From assembly GCA_016868315.1 (NCBI GenBank), contig VGHE01000008.1, forward strand, positions 25,888 through 89,887: DNA of 64,000 nucleotides, in the 5' to 3' direction. This document shows positions 57,647-64,000 of this stretch, one piece after another. Position 1 is the first letter of the stretch; every line of letters starts with the position of its first letter. This DNA comes from Betaproteobacteria bacterium (GTDB lineage: Bacteria > Bdellovibrionota_B > Oligoflexia > Silvanigrellales > Silvanigrellaceae). Both the position numbers and the translations under genes were made by a program. The notes under the pieces are model-generated. The model searched no databases. It was not told the DNA's origin and worked only from the letters and a program-made list of their open reading frames with translations.

Positions 57647-59383
57647 ATGAAAAACCGCCTTCCCGTGACCGTACTCTCTGGCTTTTTGGGCGCTGGCAAA
57701 ACCACGCTTCTGAACCACATTCTCAACAACCAACAGGGAATGAAGGTGGCCGTGATTGTCAACGACATGAGCGAGCTGAACATCGATGCCAAGCTGGTAA
57801 AGTCGGGCTCGTTCGATGTTAAAAGAGCCGAAGAGAAACTCGTGGAGATGAGCAATGGGTGCATCTGCTGCACCTTGCGTGAAGATCTTCTTATTGAGGT
57901 CAAACGGCTCGCCGAGGAAGGGCGATTCGATTATCTTGTGATTGAAAGCACGGGTATCTCCGAGCCACTTCCCGTTGCAGAAACCTTCACATTCACCGAT
58001 GATGCTGGGCAATCATTGTCCGAATTTGCACAACTCGACACGCTGGTGACAGTCGTAGACGCGCTCAACTTCAAGCGCCAGTTTCAGGAAGGTCAGCTCC
58101 TGACCGAGGCCGGGCAAGCGCTGAACGATGAAGACGACCGCAACCTCTCTGACCTACTCACCGACCAGGTCGAATTTGCAGATGTCATCGTTCTCAATAA
58201 ATCTGATCTGGTGAAGGGCGAGGAACTCAGCGACCTAACGGGTTTGCTGAACCGTCTTAATCCTCAGGCCAAGATCATTCCAACGGCACATTCAAAAGTC
58301 GATCTTAAAGAAGTTCTCAACACCGGACTTTTCAACCTCGAAAAAGCACAGCAGGCACCCGGCTGGTTGAAGACGCTGCGGGGCGAGGAGAAATCGGAAA
58401 AAGATGAATATGGTTTTTCGAGCTTCGTCTATCGCGCACAGCGCCCATTCAATACGGCGCGCTTTGCAAAATTTGTTGAGAATGAATCAGAGACAATCGT
58501 GCGCTCGAAAGGCTTTTTGTGGCTTGCAACCCGTAATGATTTCGTTGTGCAGTGGGGACAAGCAGGAGCCAGTTGTCGTCTGGAACCTGCAGGTCAGTGG
58601 CTCGCCGTAACGCCCGAAGCCGATTGGGTGCTCGACCCAGACGAGCGCAAAGAAGTGCTCGCTAAATGGCATCCGCAGTGGGGCGACCGTTCACAGGAGC
58701 TCGTTGTTATTGGGCAGGACATGAACGAAGGCGAAATTCGTGCCAAGCTCGACGCCTGCCTGCTGACCGAAACCGAACTCGCTAAAGGTGAGATGCTCTG
58801 GGCTGCTCAGCCCGATCCATTCCCTGCCTGGTTTGCTCCGCCAGAAGATGCGGGTGAGCTTGAATGCGATGATGAAGACATTGCGAAGCGGCAGCAGAAC
58901 ATTACCGAAATGTTCAAAACCGACCCAGTTGCCTGCACAATGGAAGGTTTTCACCTGGCACTCATGTATCGCGAATCTGGTCGCGTGCACTCTGCCTTGC
59001 CGCTCTTCCGTTCGGCAATCAAAGCTTTGCAGGATTTTCCGGATGAACGTTGGATGCTTTGCGATGCATACAACATTTATGCATCATCGCTTCTTGAAAC
59101 CAACGATGCCCCACGTGCAAGACTCGCACTGGTCGAAGCGCTCGGCATTGCCAAGGACTCCGAGCTGTTAGCCTGGGAGGCAAACTTTCTTTCTCTACTC
59201 GGCCGGTTAGAGATGAGTACTGGTTTTGATTTGGCTGGCGCACGGCGCATGCTTGAACGTGCCTTGGGAATTCGTAAAGAGAAACTCTTCCTCAAGGAAG
59301 ACGAATGCCAAGACATCGTTGATGCGCTCTCGGAACTCGATGCGCTCAGCAAGGCTCGTAAAACGACATCACCGAAACACTGA
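57647..59383 (+). CDS. COG0523 (CobW/ZigA/YeiR-type) metallochaperone GTPase with ~170-aa TPR-like C-terminal extension
   Basis: '[18 protein letters not shown]' is a P-loop and '[10 protein letters not shown]' is the CxCC metal motif, followed by a CobW_C-like region. The helical repeat tail '[27 protein letters not shown]...' comes last. Confidence 0.8.
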   Translation: MKNRLPVTVLSGFLGAGKTTLLNHILNNQQGMKVAVIVNDMSELNIDAKLVKSGSFDVKRAEEKLVEMSNGCICCTLREDLLIEVKRLAEEGRFDYLVIESTGISEPLPVAETFTFTDDAGQSLSEFAQLDTLVTVVDALNFKRQFQEGQLLTEAGQALNDEDDRNLSDLLTDQVEFADVIVLNKSDLVKGEELSDLTGLLNRLNPQAKIIPTAHSKVDLKEVLNTGLFNLEKAQQAPGWLKTLRGEEKSEKDEYGFSSFVYRAQRPFNTARFAKFVENESETIVRSKGFLWLATRNDFVVQWGQAGASCRLEPAGQWLAVTPEADWVLDPDERKEVLAKWHPQWGDRSQELVVIGQDMNEGEIRAKLDACLLTETELAKGEMLWAAQPDPFPAWFAPPEDAGELECDDEDIAKRQQNITEMFKTDPVACTMEGFHLALMYRESGRVHSALPLFRSAIKALQDFPDERWMLCDAYNIYASSLLETNDAPRARLALVEALGIAKDSELLAWEANFLSLLGRLEMSTGFDLAGARRMLERALGIRKEKLFLKEDECQDIVDALSELDALSKARKTTSPKH

Positions 59384-59402
59384 TTCCAGCGGAATTTGAG
59401 CG

Positions 59403-59798
59403 ATGGTTGATATGCCAAAAGAAAAACGCAAAACCCAGCAACAGGCTCTGATTCGGGGTCTGTTCCAGCACTCAGAGCGGCCTCTCTCTGCACAAGAGCT
59501 GCTTCACATTGCCACTACCATTCAACCAGGAATTGGTATGGCTACTGTGTACCGTGGGATCAAAGCCCTGATGGAAGAAAATTTCATCACCCAGGTCGAG
59601 ATCCCGGGTACAACTCCCCGTTACGAGCGCACCGCAGTGCGCCATCACCATCATTTTCTTTGCAAAAAATGTGACAAAGTTTTTACCGTTGGTGGCTGTG
59701 CAGGGCATTTGGGGAAACTCATTCCACCAGGCTTTGTGATGGATTCACACAAGATTGTGCTCGAAGGCAGTTGCGTGTCCTGCACACCAGGGCATTAA
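59403..59798 (+). CDS. zur: Fur-family transcriptional regulator, Zur by context
   Basis: The winged-helix 'GMATVYRGIKAL' is followed by 'HHHHFLCKKCDKV' and 'CVSC' metal sites. It lies directly downstream of zinc-acquisition genes. Confidence 0.7.
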   Translation: MVDMPKEKRKTQQQALIRGLFQHSERPLSAQELLHIATTIQPGIGMATVYRGIKALMEENFITQVEIPGTTPRYERTAVRHHHHFLCKKCDKVFTVGGCAGHLGKLIPPGFVMDSHKIVLEGSCVSCTPGH

Positions 59799-60502
59799 TC
59801 ACGTTCGAAATCAACACGCACCGCATGCACCTCGCCCGCGGGAACAACGATAAAACGGATTTTGTTTGCCAATGCGTCGCGGAAGCCAACACAACCTGCA
59901 GAGTTGTTGATTGTAATAAAACGAACTCCGCGCAGGGTGCGGCATTCTTTTTCCGCAGCTGTGGTCGAGATTCCCTCACCTGCGAACCCAAGATTTTTGT
60001 CGAGCCGCGGATCCGGCTGTCCCAAAAAGTTTAAAGCTCGGTTCACAGGCACAAGGGTTTCGGTAAACCCGCTCTCAGAGGCCGTACAGCGCCCCATTTC
60101 GATTGCGGTTGCGAGAAGATGAATACCGCCCACAATTCCATTCGCAGTCAGCAGGAAACGGCTGCCCGAAAGGTTATCACCGAGTGCGCTAATCTTAGTC
60201 GCTTTCAATCGGCAAAACATCTTGCCCGAGAGATACCCATCGCCCTCGGAGTCGATGTTGAATTGGAGTCTCCACGATTCTTTGTTCAGCTCGGACTTCG
60301 CTGCGCGCAACGGAACAGTCTTTCCCTCATCATTTCGGGTGAAGCCGTACAAGTGTGTGGCTCTCCATGTTCCTGTGACGGGAAGCGAGGCGCGTTGTTG
60401 CGCAGCAAGAACATCGGATTCGGGCGCGGTCGAGTTGGCCTTCTGGTTATAGCAGGCCGCGCCGACAAACAGTGTTGAAACGAGAATGGCCGACCGAATC
60501 AT
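59795..60502 (-). CDS. Hypothetical lipoprotein
   Basis: GGAGGAG lies 3 nt upstream of ATG 60502. 'MIRSAILVSTLFVGAAC' carries a lipobox. 'NNSAGCVGF' is only a faint L,D-transpeptidase-like hint. Confidence 0.55.
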   Translation of the reverse strand: MIRSAILVSTLFVGAACYNQKANSTAPESDVLAAQQRASLPVTGTWRATHLYGFTRNDEGKTVPLRAAKSELNKESWRLQFNIDSEGDGYLSGKMFCRLKATKISALGDNLSGSRFLLTANGIVGGIHLLATAIEMGRCTASESGFTETLVPVNRALNFLGQPDPRLDKNLGFAGEGISTTAAEKECRTLRGVRFITINNSAGCVGFRDALANKIRFIVVPAGEVHAVRVDFERD

Positions 60503-60644
60503 GTGCTCCTCCGTAGCGGAAAAGACGTTCCGGCTCCGGCACAAGCAAAACTCACACTAACATCAAGCGTCCGAATTCATTGCAAAAAAACTCCTGCGGG
60601 CGCACAGGAGTCTGACAATGTCAAGCAAATTTAGAGCATTACAA

Positions 60645-61163
60645 TCAGCGGAGATTACAGGCTGGCGAACTTACCGCGAATTTCGAGAGTGGCGCAACTC
60701 GCACAGTCACGCGCTGATTTGAAACACCTGTAGGAAAACCCACGTAAACCGTGAATGTTCCCGAACGGGTGAACGTGTCAATCATCTGCATGTTGCCGTT
60801 GCTGGTCACTTCCGACACGAGATTGCCCTGAGCATCCACGACCATCAGCGCAGCCTGCGAAGCCATTCCCGGGAGATGAGTTGCCAAGCAAAAGGCCACC
60901 ATGGTGCCTGCTGCAGCTGAACTCACCGAAATACGGGCTGCCGGCACTGCGTTGAGACAGTAGTCGCTCGCAAAACTGTTGCTGGGGAGCTGAGTCAGGC
61001 AAGCACCCGATTCTGCGACCATGCTGAGTGGCTGCGATACACCGCTGACACTCCAATTCTGCGTGGCATGCGAGGCCAGCCCCGATTCCGGGATCTTGAG
61101 ATCTTGACCGCAACCAACGAGAGCCAAAAGCAAGGATGTGAAAATCAAGCGCGCAGCAAACAT
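60645..61163 (-). CDS. Hypothetical lipoprotein
   Basis: ATG at 61163 gives 'MFAARLIFTSLLLALVGCG' with a lipobox. Confidence 0.55.
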   Translation of the reverse strand: MFAARLIFTSLLLALVGCGQDLKIPESGLASHATQNWSVSGVSQPLSMVAESGACLTQLPSNSFASDYCLNAVPAARISVSSAAAGTMVAFCLATHLPGMASQAALMVVDAQGNLVSEVTSNGNMQMIDTFTRSGTFTVYVGFPTGVSNQRVTVRVAPLSKFAVSSPACNLR

Positions 61164-61329
61164 AACTATCCCCACGTTCAAAAAAGAATCGCGACAAATC
61201 ATAAACGCGAATCGTCTCCTAGGACGTCTTGGAACTATACCGCCGGCAACATTTTTCCAATAGAAAAATTCACCAGATATGAACTTTTTTATTGATTAAT
61301 TGGCCAAATTTGAACGGCCAGCCAAAAGA

Positions 61330-62115
61330 TCAAACGAACCGCTCCGCCAGAACACCGCGCCACTCAAAGACCACGTTATCAGCAAGAATCTTGGCCTTAT
61401 TGAACTGTTCTTCGGTTCTAACGGTCCAGACCATCAGCGGCATGCGTGCGCGGATGCGCTGCGAAAGCTCGGAGGTTAGGTCGTTTATGTTGTAGCTGAC
61501 AAACTCACACACGGGCGCAATGCCCTCAACAAGCTGCGACAGACCGTGCATTTGCTCGGCAGTCATGAATGCAAAATCGGCGTCCTTGGCATGATTGCAA
61601 GAGATGAATCCAACAGGCCACGTGTCGCTGGGCTTGCGGATTCGCATAAGCTCCGCAACAGAAAAGGGATTAAAGCTTTTTAAAGCCACAGGTCCGGCGT
61701 AGCCAGAAAGCAGTTGAGCGACCTGTGCCTCGAGACGTCCATCTGTTTGGATACCATTGCGCGTAAATGACTTGAGTTCGATGATTAAAGGTCGCCTGCC
61801 CTGCACAGCAGCCAAAACCTGAGCAAGCGTGGGAATGTTTTCAACCGATTGCTTAAGCTGGAAGGCCTGCAACTCTTTTGCACCGAGATCACCGAACAAC
61901 GTCTTGTTGCCACCCATGCGCTCCAGCGAATCATCGTGAAAAACCATGACCTCATTGTCGGCCGAAAGCATCACATCTAATTCTGATGCAAACCCGAGTT
62001 GAACCGCCTCTGCAATGGCTCCACATGAGTTCTCGGGAAATCTCCCTGCGTTGTCGAAGAAGCCGCGGTGAGCAATTGGGAATGCCTTGAGCAAATCCAG
62101 ATTTCGTGCGGTCAT
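61330..62115 (-). CDS. Glycerophosphodiester phosphodiesterase (GDPD family)
   Basis: 'IAHRGF...PENS', 'ELDV' and 'VFHDDSLERM' match GDPD catalytic motifs. Confidence 0.8.
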   Translation of the reverse strand: MTARNLDLLKAFPIAHRGFFDNAGRFPENSCGAIAEAVQLGFASELDVMLSADNEVMVFHDDSLERMGGNKTLFGDLGAKELQAFQLKQSVENIPTLAQVLAAVQGRRPLIIELKSFTRNGIQTDGRLEAQVAQLLSGYAGPVALKSFNPFSVAELMRIRKPSDTWPVGFISCNHAKDADFAFMTAEQMHGLSQLVEGIAPVCEFVSYNINDLTSELSQRIRARMPLMVWTVRTEEQFNKAKILADNVVFEWRGVLAERFV

Positions 62116-62117
62116 GT

Positions 62118-63173
62118 TTATTCCTTTGAGCTTGCAGCTTTTTCAAAAAAGGAAACGGTGCGATCGATGACCCGAGCACGAATATCATCGTGCTCTTGTA
62201 GCAACTCGTGTTGGCTTCGGCGCTCAACAGCGAGCTCACAGTTCTCCCCGAAATAACGCAAATACCGATGAGCGTTGGGCTTCACAACTTGATCGGCTCC
62301 AGCTTGCCACACAAGCAAAGGTGTTTTCATGGCTCCCACAAAACCGGAGGAACGCATTTTGCGCGCAACCTGCAGCGCCTCGTGAAGCCAACGGTAGCTC
62401 GGCGACCCCAAACGAATCTGTGGGTATGATATAAAAAGTGAACGGTTCCAGTCACGCCGCGCCGCAGAATTCGTGAGATCGAAGCCGTAATCGCTGGGCT
62501 CAAATGCGGTGCCGCCTGGGATATATTCCTTCTCTCGCCCCGCTCTAAGACCAGCAGCCACCATCATATTCACCACCACACGAGGGTATGGCTTAAGAAG
62601 CAAATCCACCATAGGGGCTGTGAATGCTACGGCATTCAGGCGAACACGAGTTTGATTCATCCACAATGTACTGACAGCTGCACCCATAGAGTGAGCCAAT
62701 AAAAATAGGGAATTCTTTTTGTGCGGAGCCAAAATGCGATCATGGAAAATGGAAAGGTCGTTCACATAGTTTTGAAAGCTGTCGACCCAACCGACTTGAG
62801 TGTCGACGAGCTCACGCTGTGAAAAGCCCTGACCACGATGATCGTAAATCCACACGTCGAATCCACGAGTGAAAAAATCATACGCCACTTCAGCATATTT
62901 GGCATGAGATTCATTGCGTCCACCCACAATGAGGAGCGTGGAGTGAGAGCGTTGGTGACGCCAACAGCGAGCCGAGAGAATCACATTGCGCGAAGCTTCA
63001 AAGTCGAGAATCTCGGCACCGGAATAAAAAGGCTGAAAGTATTTCTCATGCAATTGAGTGAGTTTACTCTCGCGGCCAAGCAAAGTGAGCTGTGGAAAAT
63101 CTGCAAGAGCGGACTTGCTGCCTGCGGTGGAGGAGTGCTCGGTCGATGTATGATCAGAAGTTTCAAGCGTCAT
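62118..63173 (-). CDS. Alpha/beta-hydrolase, lysophospholipase (PldB/monoacylglycerol lipase-like)
   Basis: 'LLIVGGRNESHAKY', 'YDHRGQG' and nucleophile elbow 'LLAHSMGA'. It ends 2 nt before the GDPD start. I prefer ATG 63173 over TTG 63203. Confidence 0.7.
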   Translation of the reverse strand: MTLETSDHTSTEHSSTAGSKSALADFPQLTLLGRESKLTQLHEKYFQPFYSGAEILDFEASRNVILSARCWRHQRSHSTLLIVGGRNESHAKYAEVAYDFFTRGFDVWIYDHRGQGFSQRELVDTQVGWVDSFQNYVNDLSIFHDRILAPHKKNSLFLLAHSMGAAVSTLWMNQTRVRLNAVAFTAPMVDLLLKPYPRVVVNMMVAAGLRAGREKEYIPGGTAFEPSDYGFDLTNSAARRDWNRSLFISYPQIRLGSPSYRWLHEALQVARKMRSSGFVGAMKTPLLVWQAGADQVVKPNAHRYLRYFGENCELAVERRSQHELLQEHDDIRARVIDRTVSFFEKAASSKE

Positions 63174-63185
63174 GATGGGCGAGCA

Positions 63186-63227
63186 TAGCCCCCGGCAGGG
63201 CAAACTTCAATCTGCGGCCGGGGGCTA
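63186..63227. terminator. Strong GC hairpin between 63241.. and the lysophospholipase gene
   Basis: tagcccccggc / gccgggggcta is a perfect 11-bp inverted repeat with a 20-nt loop. No clear T-tract follows. Confidence 0.4.
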
Positions 63228-63240
63228 TTCATGGTTCAAA

Positions 63241-64000
63241 TCAGTGCTGGCAACCACCATTTGAGCCGACACTTTCACGCCCAACACAAGAGGTCAGCCA
63301 GTTGCCGATTTTTTCGTTCTTCGGTGAGCAGTCGGCGATCACCTGGAACGCCGAACCACGTACCGTTGAACCTAATGCTACTGCCACAGAAATGCCATTG
63401 CCCGAGCCATCGAAAGGAACCCAGAGTGTGCCGCCTGCAGCAACCGTGCGCCCAGTCAGGCCAGGAATGGGAGAGTGGTATGAAAGTTTGCTTTTGACCT
63501 CAGCATCGTCGAAGAAGAACATTGGGCTGCGATAACTGACGGGCGAAGGCGCAGAGCCTGCCGAAAACGCAGGTGCACCATCCATCGATACACTGCTGAA
63601 TTTAACCTCGCCCTGGTTTGCATCTTTGATATGAGCCGCAAGGCCAAGAATGTACTGAGACTTGAGAGCAATTGCCTTGCCATCGGAGCTCGCCTGACGC
63701 CAAATCACATCCACCGCACCGTTTTCACTGCAATCGTAAATGCGTTCATGACGGAACTGGACATCGTAACTTGCCGGACGACCCGGCGGGCGCAAATCAA
63801 ATGCGGCACTTCGAGTTGGTGTTGCCACGGGAGTAGGAGTTTCTGCAGAGCCGGATGAAATCACGGGACCGCGTCCACCCGTAAAACCATGGCTACCGTC
63901 TTTAACGAGATAGGTTCGCATGCGATCGCGTGTCACATCACTCATGGGTTGACAGTTGAACTCGAGGGTCGCGCCCTCACCCGTAACAATGAAGTAACGG
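63241..64000 (-). CDS. Hypothetical exported protein; N-terminus lies beyond the window edge
   Basis: The frame stays open upstream of the track's ATG 63945 to the window end ('...RYFIVTGEGATLEFNCQPM...'). It has a Pro/Thr linker and C-terminal Cys residues. Confidence 0.55.
   Translation of the reverse strand, partial: RYFIVTGEGATLEFNCQPMSDVTRDRMRTYLVKDGSHGFTGGRGPVISSGSAETPTPVATPTRSAAFDLRPPGRPASYDVQFRHERIYDCSENGAVDVIWRQASSDGKAIALKSQYILGLAAHIKDANQGEVKFSSVSMDGAPAFSAGSAPSPVSYRSPMFFFDDAEVKSKLSYHSPIPGLTGRTVAAGGTLWVPFDGSGNGISVAVALGSTVRGSAFQVIADCSPKNEKIGNWLTSCVGRESVGSNGGCQH

Overview
A 64-kb, densely coding chromosomal window from a diderm (Gram-negative) bacterium with mid-range GC by eye. I call about 55 protein genes. 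I found no rRNA, tRNA, CRISPR array, transposase or integrase. Well-supported genes are ppc, two tandem DEAD-box helicases (RhlE-like with a 7 x 21-bp coding repeat, and DbpA-like), a YgeA-like racemase, an ABC-2 exporter pair, kup, ahpC-ahpF, a lysophospholipase-GDPD pair, and a zinc cluster (ZrgA-like, a COG0523 GTPase with a TPR-like tail, and a Zur-like regulator). Between about 26 and 35 kb lies what looks like a phosphate-stress island. It holds two orphan PstS-type binding proteins, an OlsB-like N-acyltransferase plus a PlsC/OlsA-like O-acyltransferase (aminolipid synthesis), an exported CYTH-like protein, and a ~900-aa lipoprotein with four CXXCH haem motifs placed directly after the second PstS-like gene. 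The remaining genes are mostly predicted lipoproteins and exported proteins. They include a Kelch propeller, a 1197-aa RCC1-repeat protein, an astacin, a mini-metzincin co-operonic with two small beta-barrel genes, papain-like, M48-like and trypsin-like peptidase homologues, and Cys-rich repeat proteins. This content would fit a hydrolytic or predatory lifestyle, but that is inference only. The best candidates for undescribed biology are the PstS-like/tetrahaem lipoprotein pair, the PHP-GT4 fusion with an (alpha/alpha)6 glycosidase, the beta-barrel/beta-barrel/metzincin operon, and the trypsin-like protein with a ~400-aa insertion. One important caveat applies. In at least five exported-protein genes the signal peptide sits in a different frame from the mature domain. 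At several of these the only short A/T or G/C run in the permitted interval is where the shift best fits, and the shift is nearly always in the direction expected for a missing base. Assembly indel errors are therefore likely, and apparent pseudogenes should not be over-interpreted.
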